From contig LVLI01000386.1 in NCBI GenBank assembly GCA_001687465.1, positions 1-64,000 of the forward strand: a DNA stretch of 64,000 nt, written 5' to 3'. A model generated the notes under the pieces. It was not told the DNA's origin, made no database searches, and was given only the letters and a program-made list of their open reading frames with translations. Below are positions 38,101 to 50,109 of the stretch, piece by piece. This DNA comes from Halocafeteria seosinensis. Lineage: Eukaryota. Made by a program: the position numbers and the translations under genes. Each line of letters opens with the position of its first letter. Position 1 is the first letter of the stretch.

Positions 38101-41100
38101 TCCAGTCATAGTGACATTACCAAATACAGCGATGACCTTGTTACCAAGATTTAGACCATTGGCAACAATGACGGCATCATCCCAACGGTTTCCATATACC
38201 CGGATCGTCGCGTTTCTCAATGGCTTTTCCGGAGTACCCATTTCCATCTCTCGCCATACAGTCATCGATTTAATGTTAAGCACACTATTCTCAGCAAAGC
38301 TTAGCTTTCCTTCGACAGAAACAGCTCCCAAAAGAGGAGTTTGGGTATCCAGTATAATATGTTTGTCTGCATCTATAGTCACATCCTCTCCTGTTTTTGG
38401 AAGGGTTCCATTAGACCATGCTGCGGGATCCGTCCAATTATACATGACCAGTCTCCCAGGTTGAGGAGGAGGGAGGCACATTTCCGGAAGCCATGGAAGA
38501 TTAGCATCTTCCGGAGGACACGTGATACGCTGCACCTCAAAGCGATGCTTGTCATGGTTGTTCGCTGTGGCGTTAACGTTATTTATCACTACAAGCCATG
38601 TGTTGTTGTCAAGTCCAGGGCCGCGCTCGATCCAGCCTGTACCGATAGGATCTGTATCCGGGGATGGCATACGGTCAGGTTGCCCCGGCTGTTCGAGTGA
38701 TGGTACTTCGATTTCTTCCACGCCCCCCGGGGCATATGTGACCTTGTTTCTCCAGCGGAAATCTATCCAGCTCATCTTTAACCCTATCCATTCCTTCATG
38801 ACCGACGAATCTCGGGCAATATATTCTGGTCTTCCGTAGCGGAATCTGAACTTTTGCCAGTCAATGAGCGTGTCGGGAGAAGCGTCATACCACTGACTTG
38901 TTACTAACGGCGCCAACCATCCATTGAACGATTTGGCCGTTCTTTGATATTCAATTTTGTCTGAAAACGTCACATTGTCGACGCGGCTGAATACGAGTGC
39001 TTTCCAGTTTAATTCCCGTGGGTAGTTTTCGTCGAGTGCCAGTCGCCGTACCCTTACTTCGCCGTCGCAGACGATACCGCTGTCGTACGTCCCAACAGAA
39101 TCTCTGGTACAATGAGGCCCTTCATTGAATTTGTAGTACGGAGTGGCAGTCCCATTAGGGTGTCCCGTGAGCGACCCGTCCAAATCCCAGAAGATCTGTT
39201 TCTTCGGCTCTGTCCATTCGGTACGCTGGTAGCTATTAAAAAATGCCATTTTCTCAAAACGAGTGGTAAATCCTCCTTGCTCCTCACCTAAGCAATCTAT
39301 GCACATAGAGATCGCGCCTTTATTCGCGTAGTTAACGATTGTAGCACCTGACACATGGAAATAGTCATCTTGAGGTCCGAATATGGCTTGGCGACCCATG
39401 GGGCTTCCTCTTTCGTTGACATTTCCCACGTATAGGCCATGCTTTATACCAGGAGTGTCAGTGCGATATTCTACCGGGAAAAATCTCCACATTTGTCCCA
39501 ATCCCAAATTCTCAATTATCTTGTGGTTAGTATGCTGCAGATCCCCGTTCCTGTATCCAAATATGCCATTGCCTCTGTTACGATAAGAAGTGAGGTTGTA
39601 GAACGTTTGAAGACGCCTAGGAGTATAAATCGGATAGATGCGTAAGCCATGCACACCACACGAGTGAGCAGTATTGTTGAAAAACTCGCCAAGATCCTCA
39701 TCATGCGGGACAACTGGGTGATGACTGGATGGGCCGTGAGGACGACCAGGAAGCTCATACCAATAGCCGTAATTCACAGATCCCGCAGCAACGTTGTGGC
39801 GCAAAAATTGGGTGGGCCCTGCCATCCAAAAGCAGGCGGGAGAGCTATCGCTATTGATGCCCATCTGTAATGGGAGGGTCCAGACTACAAGATTTTCCTC
39901 CGTCGGGTTAAACTTTTCCACGCCATCTTCGAAAAATATAGTATGCCCTTTTACCTTGTAAGCCACGTTGTGGCTTGTGGTGAAGTGGTTAGTGCCATGT
40001 ATGGTAACTGCTCGTTGAAGGGCATGATGAATGGAATTACTCTTTACGTAGCTGTGACCGTTGTCACCGGCCATGTGACTGTGAGTGCAGTATCGACCTA
40101 ACCGACCTCCTTGGCCGCACGAGGTCAACTCAACGTTTTCGACACGATAATATCCCCCGTGGGCCACCATTGTATGCCCACCAAAGACCTGTTTCCTGCT
40201 GTTTTCATCACCCTGAACGACCACGTTTCTATTCAACAGTCCAACTTCAGCACGCATATGTACATCAGAATGCCCGTATTTCTCAGCTCTAAAGATCTCC
40301 ACCCCGTGCGTGTTCTTGAAACTTCCCTTGATCTTGATGCATCTTGGCCCACATACGCTTTCTACCTCAACCTCTTCAGTATCTTCAAAATTATGACCAT
40401 TACTAGTGACAATCAGTTGATCACCTACGCCGAAGTCGACGTCTTCGGCCGTGCGGATCTCATTGTCACCAGCATTGGCCGTCGACTCCAAAAATGTCCA
40501 ACTTCGTATACGAGTCTTGCCATGAAGATCCAAATATCCGATTTCATCTGGGGCTGGATTGTTGTTGTGTCCATGGCCAACGTTGGCACCCTTATTGAAT
40601 ACAGCCAGAACCTTCGCTCCTACATTTGGAATCTCTACAGATTTCCATCTGTCTCCATGGAGCGTGATAACAGCGCGATGTAAAAACGGAGATTCTTCAG
40701 TGCCCACTTCGAACCTACCTCCGTTTATAAGTATGTAGTTCGCATCTAAGGATAGATCCTGGTTGTCAAATATCAACTCTCCCTCTACTAGCAAAACCCA
40801 CAGTATAGGGGTCGACTGATCCAGGAGGACGGTTTGACCTCTTGGAATATAAACAGTGTCGTTAAACACAGGGAAGTCACCAAAGTTCCACGTAGCTGGC
40901 TCCGACCAACGGTCAAGGTATCGGAAAACAGTCGTTGTAGCATGAAGAGCTATGCCGGCTCCAGCGATATTTACTTCTACAGTATTACGCTGCACCCGGT
41001 CTCTCTTGCCTGTAACACAGGAAATTGAAGACGAATTTGCTGCAGTTACGGTACATCGAACTCCGTTTAGTCGAATATCAACATCTTCAACGTTTGTAGT

Positions 41101-44100
41101 AAAGCCAGATCCGGCAATTGTAACCTCCGTTCCACCGTCGGAAGTCCCATTGCTCGGACTAATGCTCTCAATGAACGGAGTTCTCGAAACAGAATATAAA
41201 ACTTGGGAACTCGAAGTAGCTGAAGCAGAGTTACCGCTCTTGCAATGCATCTCAACCCTCACATCGCATTCACTGGAAGTCGAGAGGAGAAACCCTTCGA
41301 ATTCCAAATCAGCCAAGTCGCATCGACCATTTTTCGGGCCACTATACCGGAAATATCGGTACCCATTTTGGCCATCAATGTTAATCGTATTCCAACCTTC
41401 AACTACATTGGACCCAACAACGGCTATTTCTTCCCAGTTCGTATCATCAGCAGATCCTTCAAAAACTCCACCAATCATTGCAGCTGTTTGTCTGTAGGAG
41501 GGATAGAACCGAATCTTAGTGAGTCTGCCCTCAAGAGCAGTCCCAACATCGAGTCCAACATAGCAAGCGCTGCTGTAGTCCTGAAACTCAGTGGACAGGT
41601 CACCATCAAAAGCAGATGCGGAGTTTCCTTGTGATCCAAACGTAGAACCAGTCAAAATTTTCGGAAGGTAATGACTAAACGTGCCGAGAGCATCGGAAGT
41701 CACAAGAGTAGGCGCCACGCACTCGATTTTTCCAGACTCAACAATACGAAGCGCGCATTCGTGACCACACAGGGTAACTCTTGGAACCGGATTATGACAA
41801 GATCTTTCGCGAGTAGAACCGTTTCCGAGACGCGTTTCAGCCTTGATTCCATCCAGCGCAGGCCAACCGTGGCCAGAGATTTCAAGGATTTTGCCGCCCC
41901 CTACACCAATCTCAATGCTCGCAGTCATCGAAATCTCGATTTGCACCGATACAGGGGAAGGCACCAGCACTTGTCCTCTATCCCCGAGAATAAACTCAAC
42001 ATCGAAGCTCCCCGCGGGAGAGTCCCCAACGACGCATTCAACTCGCGTCGAGTTCCAAAACCTGATACTGCAGTCTACGTCTCCAATGCTAATATATGTA
42101 CCATCACTCATGCTTTCGGGAAAGATTCCCGAGATAACCAAGTTGCTTCCTTTGTGAACAACTTGCGGATCTACACCTGCCGCTTCAAGTGTCAATGTGT
42201 CTTTGTAGGTGTATGAATTAGACAATACCACTGATGTTTGGCTTTCAATCTCTTGTCCCACTGCTCCAGCACTCGCCATAGCAGTTGTACTGGCTGTCGG
42301 GGTCACTGTTCCGCTACCGCTCACACTGGCCGTTGATGTTGGTGTCCTTGTGACACTTGCGATGGAGGTGCCAGTCCCTGATACACTCGCTGTCGGACTT
42401 GAAGTCCTGCTCGGGCTCACTGGGGGAGCGGGAGACGGAGTTGCTGTATCATTGGGTCCTTTAAGAGCCCGCATATTCACATTTGCGAGGATTCGACGAT
42501 GGTGCCCACCGCCTCTATTTTCCTCATCATCCTCATCTGTGCCAATACTTATGCGAATTTTTGGGACATGTTGATCTTTACCACTATTCTTAGCTGGAGT
42601 AAAGACAGTTAGCCGTTGGAAACTGCTTGCAATTATACCCGCTCTCTTATCGTCGAAATGAATGATATTTTCAGAAGAGACAGCTGAAAATCCTCGGCCC
42701 TCTAAAGTAACCCAATGCCCGCCGTGAAACGAGCCAGCAGCTGAGCTGATCGAGTCAATATGGAGGGAGTAGCCGATTTCGAATGGGCACACAGCGACTC
42801 CATACTTCGTATTTAGACGGATAGAATGGTTTCCTGCTCGATTGTACGGAAGAGTGCACACCAGTCGTTGATTAGTAGAAGACAGCTCCTCAATTACACA
42901 AGTCTCGGATCCCACAGTCACTTTAGACTGATTATCAAGCAATAAATTTCCGTTAATGATCAGTTGTCCACCAGGTTGATTACTGCGTTGCTCAATGTTA
43001 TCACAGGTAGGCGTAGACTCGTTGCTGAAGAGGAAGCCGCAAGAACCAGCGCAAACTGCAGGGGTTCGGCTGCGGCGAACTTCGATGGTGGCATTGGTTG
43101 CATGTCCATCAACTAGCTTCCTAACAGCGCTGGTTCTGCAAATGATCTCTTCGTCGGAAACACTTTGAATATGGCATACTACCCAATCTTTCTGCTCTGT
43201 ATCTAGGTTTATCCTCACCTCTGTGCGGACAAGATCCTCACCAAATCCCATCCCAAACAGGTGAAGCATTTGGCCACCTTCAAAGGAGCCTTCGTATTGT
43301 GACAGACTCTCCAAGCGATACCCAGTGTCGATTGTATTCGATTGCGCATCGGCATATCCGAGGGAGCCAATGTGAATAAGCGGTTCAATTGGAGTCTGTG
43401 GCATTGGTTCAGGCTCCCCGCGTGTGAGAACACATCTCACTGTGCTTGCAGTGTAGTTGAGGGTGGGATTTTGGCAAAAGCGCGAGCCAATTTGCACATA
43501 AATTTCCAAATTAGTTCCCTCTCCCGCATTCGTTAAGTGGAATTGCACTATTCCACTTGTAGCGGCACTCAGCTTTGACGGAACGATAGATACAATCTTC
43601 CATGTTAATTCGTCTTTGTAATAGTAGATCTCGTCATGTTGTTCTCCATTAATTTCAATGGTGGCATCGACATCTGAATTAGTGAAATTGAGAACGCTCG
43701 GGGTCCGAATCGACAGCACACGATGGGAAGATGTCACGATTTCTGCTGGTAAGCGGGCACCGCCGTCACTGAGAACCATAACAACTCTGTTTGCGCTACC
43801 ATTGTTCTTGGTAAAAAATCCTGTTCCGCTAATGTTTAGTATCGTTCCTCCAGCCAAAGATCCTTTTAACGGGCTGACACTGAACACGTCCATACTAATA
43901 TCAACAGTCGAATTCTTGTTGGTGGCCGTTCCACGTCCCTCTCCAACGATTACCTCCACTAGATGCTTCCCGGTATTCGTATCTTGAAGAGTGCAAACCA
44001 ATGTACTAGTGCTTGCAGAGGTGACATTGCATTTTCCTTCACCAACAATTATGTCATTTTTCCGAATATCTCCTAAGAAGCCGCTTCCAGTTACAGTCAA

Positions 44101-46642
44101 TGTGTCCCCTACTACAGCAGTGCTAGGGTTCACGGATTCAATAACTGGGGTGAGTTGTCGGCTATAACTCCATGTGCATCCGTCGCCATTATTATCACTG
44201 AAGACATTGCAGGAGCTTACAATCCCGTTAACACTAGCCCTCACACTGCCAGGTTCTACAGTGGGAAGTTCAAACCAATCCATTGGAACGGTCGGATAGA
44301 ACACATCATCTGCGTTGCCTTGCTGAATTGTTCTGATATCAATATAGACGTCTGCTCCTGTAAGATGAGAAGTGTCGGCCTCTAGCTGCGGTACGTCATC
44401 GTAGGGGCGGAAAAACCAGACGCGATAGCGCCTACCGAAATCGGCATTATTGTCCTCGATAGAGACTGTTACGTCGTCGACATTGGGAAGGGACTCCAAT
44501 GCACTCTCAATGGAAGAATCCGATTCATCATACTTTATTTGCCGACTACATTCTCCATCGAAACAGAGCTGATATTTTCCTCGAACAGGTGGACGGGCTT
44601 CTCTAACACGGTTCTCATCGGTGATTTCCCGGGTTCTGTTTTCAATAGTGGTCAAGCTGGTGGGGTCTCCATTGACATACTCCAAGGAAATTAGAGGGAA
44701 GCTGGTGAATGTCGGACATTGAAAAGTGAAAAGCAACGAATAGCCGGAAAAGCCTTGAGCGTCTTCAGTAGTTTTCAATTTGGCGGTAACATCGTTACAA
44801 CCCAGCCTGCCATCGTCCCGGTCTCCACACATGCTCAAAGGACTATTAGCCGTAAGTCGTTCAACAAAATCGCTCGCTCTCTCTTCGATATCTGCTGTTG
44901 ATGCACTAAGATCGATGACAAACGTTTTACAAAGCAACCTGTCGGCACGAGCTAACAGAAATGAACCATCCTTTATACCAAATAGCACTATCTCTTGTTG
45001 CTCAAAAGTTGTATTGCTCTTGATCTCCCACTCTTGTAGCTCATAGACGCTTTGATCAGATCTGAGATGGAACTGGTCTTGAGAAGCATTGTGAATTCTC
45101 AGACCCACTTGAAAGTAGTCAAGGTGCACCTCATCAACCTGAAGGCCAGCTACGAAATACCGGTCACCCGCATTCAGCCAGATCGGTTCAGAGATTTGTG
45201 TGGACCTCTCATGGAAGGAATTTGTCGAAAACATGCTTATCGCCATGGAGTCACTCGATAAATTCGTACGACTCTGATCAGAGGAAATATACAAGGCAGT
45301 GTACCCATGCCCGGCAAGGTACCAGCTATAGTACGTAGATATTGGAGGAGAGAAAATCCCCTGGATCAGTTGATCTCGGTCATGCCAAGCGCGATCCGGG
45401 CTATAGGACCAGCCACCAGTGAACTGGTCCGTTTGTATATCCCGTCGGTAAATTCGAGGATTGTTTTGCAGATAATGCTGCAAGTCTTTTACACGTTCAC
45501 GATACGACGTGACAGTCATCCCGCGGCCCGGTGACCCTGGTGTAGAACTGTAAGACGATGGGACGCGGGAAGTTACGCATACAACTGTCTGAGGGTCTGC
45601 AAATTCATCAACTTCTGGCTCCTCTACAGCTTGCACCTCACACGGGAACCCTCCTAGCGTTATTTCGTTTGCCTTGGCCTCGTAACTGAAGCCGTACCCC
45701 TTAATTGTTATCTTAGCACCTCCATTCAGTCCACCTTCATTGGAAGAAATGCTCGTAATGTGGGGATGCAAAGTATAATGAAAGGGCTGTCCATCTAGTC
45801 CGACCTGCCCAGACCATCGGCCGTAATGAGGTTCACCATACCCTACCGTGGGGTGATCCACGCGTATGGTGGCGTTGTGTCTCCCCACGGGCCCGTTCAG
45901 CACCAGACATTGCACCCAGCTATGGGGGTGTACCCTTCCTTTCTGGAAGTCACATTTAAGACCGGCAAGCTCCCCACTGTAGTCGTCCACGTTGTTAGAG
46001 CGAAGAACGCCATCGAGGGACAGAAGAGACCCAGCGTGGCCTCCTAAACTGTGCCGGTACACCAAAGGAGTCCAACCCCATCGGTGCAAGAATTGGCAGT
46101 TCCAGCGCGTCTTGCAGTTCGCAAAGCTAGCAAACCCCAATCCAATGGTTTGAACCGATACAATTACGTTGCCATCATCGCCTGTACGAGCGAACCAAGA
46201 CCAGGGTGAACGCGTCTAATAAGCGACATACGGGAGAGTCCTTACCTAATGGCGGAGCGTAACAGACAATTTGGTTTTGATTGGTGAAATAGTCGTCAAT
46301 TGCGCAAATATTGTTTCCGAAAAACACCGTCGTAAAGTAATTTTGGCCAGTTTCTTCAAATCCCGCGGGTCCATTCTGGACGAACCCTCGACCTTCAATG
46401 GTTACCTGAACGAAGAATATGAACAGCATTTCGTAAAATACGCACTGAATGGGAAACCGAATTGAACTTGAATCGGGGAGGCTTACTCTGGTTCCTCCGG
46501 CGACGGACCCTCGTTGGGGGTTGATGCTATGAATCACTTGACCTTCTACCGAGTAGGTCGCATACGCGAGCAACGACCCCATGGCCACCCACACCATCAC
46601 GTTCCTTTGCTGACCAACGATCTTCATCATCATCCTTCTCAT
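35101..46642 (-). CDS. Fibrocystin-L (PKHD1L1)-like type I membrane protein, paralog B; exons 46642-46487, 46405-46246, 46181-35101
   Basis: Colinear and alignable by eye along its whole length with paralog A (long identical blocks such as SCGQGGRLGRYCTHSHMAGDN and HTIFFEDGVEKFNPTEENLVVWTLPL). Introns 46486..46406 (same position as in A) and 46245..46182. The start Met could be any of the first few Mets. Confidence 0.88.
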
Positions 46643-48250
46643 TCTCCCTGAAAAACTGCGCGAGAAATGGAAAACAAAAAATGATTAAAAAAAAAAGGAG
46701 TATAAGACAAGGGAAAAGAGCCAGAAGACAAGAGAGAGCCAGTTGCGAGGAATCCCACACTTCCAGAATTCCTCTCCTTTCTGCCCACAGTAAATCCCTA
46801 CTACAAGATCCACTGAACCAATCCATGGAAATACCTCAGTCTCTTACCTTTTCAAAAGCGCTTTATGTGTTTGATACGAGGTAAAATAGAGAAAACTGGA
46901 CTTGAATAGACAAGGGTCCCAGCACCTCTTTTGTTCTCTTCGATTTCCCCTTTGCGTCGCCCCTCCGGAAAAAACCGAACGGAGAATGCACCGGTAGAGG
47001 AAAATGAAGGAATCAAAGGCGTTTACACCTTTGATTCTCTAATTCCTTTTCCGGAACAGTAGCTCGAAAGCCTCTCTACAGCGATTGATGGAAAACCAAC
47101 ACGTAGAGAATTTGAATACATTCTTTCGACGGCCTTCCTGAAAGTGCGGTTGCTGGCGAGCTAGGCTTCTTGTGCGACTTGGGCCTTCTGAACTGCCTTA
47201 CCGGAACACTTCCCAGCCAGAAGCAAAGTTTCCTGCCGTAAGCGTTGCTAATGCGCATCGTTTTGATACAGTTTAATGCAAACTGGGGTAGAGAAATGCG
47301 AACTCGGTTCAAGAGTACTCGCCAGGAAGTAATCGGGCTTCTTCCATACAACCGCCACATGCGTGCGGGCCTCCACAAGCCCGCTGCATCTTCAAGCAGA
47401 TTCCTACTCCGAACTCAACCGTCCGACGGAGCATGGCCCATGGGGCGATACAGAACGAGGAAAATTGCTTTTCCAGTTTAGGTGTACAGTACACCCTGTA
47501 GAGGAGGTCTCGGTTGGCTCCTTACCATTGCTGTCGTAGATGCAAGACAAAAGGAGAAAGTAGCTCCCCAAGGAGCTTGGCAATCGTATTGACCCCATTA
47601 TGGACGCTCCCATAGAAGGGCGCCTTTCATGTATGCAGTTAACAGGCCAATCATGAGGTCATACTGTTTCTTTTCCAAGCGTGGTGAGAAGCAATTGCAG
47701 GATTCTCACCAGTCAACCAACGCATTAGTCCGAGCGGAGTATGAGCCACCTATGTAACCACCAATACCCCGGGTCCGCTTTGTAGGAGAAGCAAGCCAAT
47801 GTGCACCACGGACCAAAGATGCTACTGCTGTAAGGAGCTGCATCTTCAGTATATCGTATGGACTGGATGCGCTCACCGTTCGCTGGAGGTTAGCACAAGC
47901 ACATATATTAGCACTTTATACAACGAATCATATCACATGAAATTGCTATTGGATGGATATATACACCGGTAATGACATACCGTAATGTGTCCTTGTGAAG
48001 CCGAGATTGCGCAAGCAACTTGAAGTGTTACTCAACGAAGTACCACGTTAACGCTTTCATGCTCATTGCTCCCGAAACACACGCATTCTACCCTATGGTA
48101 TTGGTATCGAAGACGGCTGAGAAAAAGCGCTAAATAAGATTGCCTCATGTGCTAACAGAGTTGGGGTTATGGGCGTCAATGGTGGTGTGGTAAACGCAGT
48201 GGAAACCCGTGAGTGCCGTTTAGTAGCGTTGAAGCTCGTCCTCATCGGTC

Positions 48251-50109
48251 ATGATGGCCTCTACTAAATCCCGGTCTCTTTCTTCGCGCTCCAAAACCAC
48301 AAAGAAGAAGGTCAAGACCAAGCTCTCTACCCCATCGTTGCTATCCGAGGATAACGAGCCAGACATCTTCAAATGCGCTTGGACTGGTTCGGTGAAGAAG
48401 GCGCAGCGAGTCGCCCAACATGACCCATCGGAACTGTGCCAACGGGACACGACCTTCCTTGGGGTAAGAGAACCATTCTTGGATGACTTGAGAACCTGGT
48501 TTTTATGTCATAACCGTATTCTCACTTTTGCTTGCAGGAAGGAAATACTCCTCTTCACTATGCAAGCTACAGAGGAATGGTGAAGTTTGTCGAATTCCTG
48601 CTCCAATACCCTCAAGTCCAAGAAAACATCGATTGCCGTAACGATGAGGGATGCACTCCCTTGTTTTCAGCATGTCAGCAAAATCAGTATCAAACTGTTC
48701 TAGCACTCTTAGAAAAAGGAGCAAATCCTTTGAAGCAAGCTTCGTCAAAATTAACTCCTGCGGACGTGGCTTCTGACGCTGGGATAGTGGGCCTCTTTGT
48801 TGACCCGCAGTTTTACAGGAAAATATCGATGGAGTGGAAAGGGGACGATTCAACAGCGGGGAGAGATCAACGGAAGATAGGGCTGTACGCTCAATTACAT
48901 CCTCCTGCACCGCCTTGCCCTCCGTCGCTCACAATACAGGGCCGCACTGCATGCATTTCGTGGAAGAATTCCTCAACCACATCCGACAGCGGGAAAGATA
49001 TGCAGCAACTCAGCAATAAAGCTGTTACTGTACAACTTTTGAGACTGATTGAGGACAACGAATACTATTGTCACGATCCGCCACCACCGCAACAGCAGGT
49101 AAGCCCCATCCGACGGGGGACTCTAGTGCCAAGCCATACCAGTGTTTCTTGTTGTTTGTAACAGGCCTCCAGATTCAGAACAACGTACAACTGGCCATGG
49201 TTCAGAAGCACAGAAGAAGGCGTATACGTACGAACGTCTTGCTACCGTAGGAGAAACACCGACCCTGTAAACGCAGCGGTAGTAAAGGCGTTTATCGCTT
49301 ACTCGCATGAATTCACCAAGGTTAGAGATGACAGGCTGTCGGCCTTAACTATTTAGTTTGGCAACGACCTCTGCTCAATCTGCAGTTCCCTTTCCAATTC
49401 TCTCTTGGTGCTACATACACTGCCCGAGTAGCCTTCTGTAATGCAGTAGGGGAGGGTAGCTTCAGCGCGGCGTCGGAACCGATAGTATACGCGAGAGGTA
49501 AGTTCTAAAAAGTGGGTACTCAGAGACTCGAACAAGAGTGCTTCAAAACATCACGAGAATCCTACTGCAGTTCCAAGAAGACCAAGAGCCCCCAAATTAG
49601 CTAGGACATACCTAGGAAATTCCATTCCACAAGTTGGAATAGTAGAACTACAATGGAGAAATAGCCTAACAAATAAGGGCTGTGGAGGATCAGCCATCGA
49701 GACATGGACCATTACAGCGTATCAGGTTCCGGCTAGCTCCAAGGCACAGCCCCCGCTGCTCGTCAGGCAATTCGGCGGGTCCACATTGTATGGGAAAGTC
49801 GACGGGCTACCCACTGGAGTCAGCGTCGCATTTACTGTAAGCTTGATTGAATCAACCAATACACTAGTCCTCTTGAATGCACCTATTGAATTGCAGATTA
49901 CTGCAAAGAACTTCATTGGAACATCACCGGAAAGTGAGGTTTTATCGGTATCAATTCCGGCGGCCCCGTCGCAGGAGTGTTCATCGGAGACCAAAGATAC
50001 GAGTTTCAGTCAAGAGAATGTATCCGAAGAGAAGTACAGAGACAGTGTCACGGTCGTCAAAGTGTCGGAGCAAGAGAAAGAAAATCTCAGGGAGCAAGCC
50101 TCAACCTAG
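48251..50109 (+). CDS. Ankyrin-repeat plus fibronectin type III domain protein, multi-exon
   Basis: GNTPLHYASYRGMVKFVEFLL and GCTPLFSACQQNQYQTVLALLEKGANP (ankyrin); PPAPPCPPSLTIQGRTACISWK and VPRRPRAPKL...VELQW...GGSAIETWTI...VDGLPTGVSVAFT|ITAKNFIGTSPESE (FN3). Introns near 48464-48537, 49099-49164 and 49837-49896. Exon structure at 49230-49560 unresolved. Confidence 0.68.

Noticed and set aside
6726..46047. Many 60-216 aa antisense or alternate-frame ORFs within dynein, CLP1 and the fibrocystin-like genes
   Set aside because: Shadow ORFs of long coding sequences with no recognisable domains.
47076..48200. Short ORFs in the divergent intergenic region
   Set aside because: No recognisable motifs or consistent exon chain.
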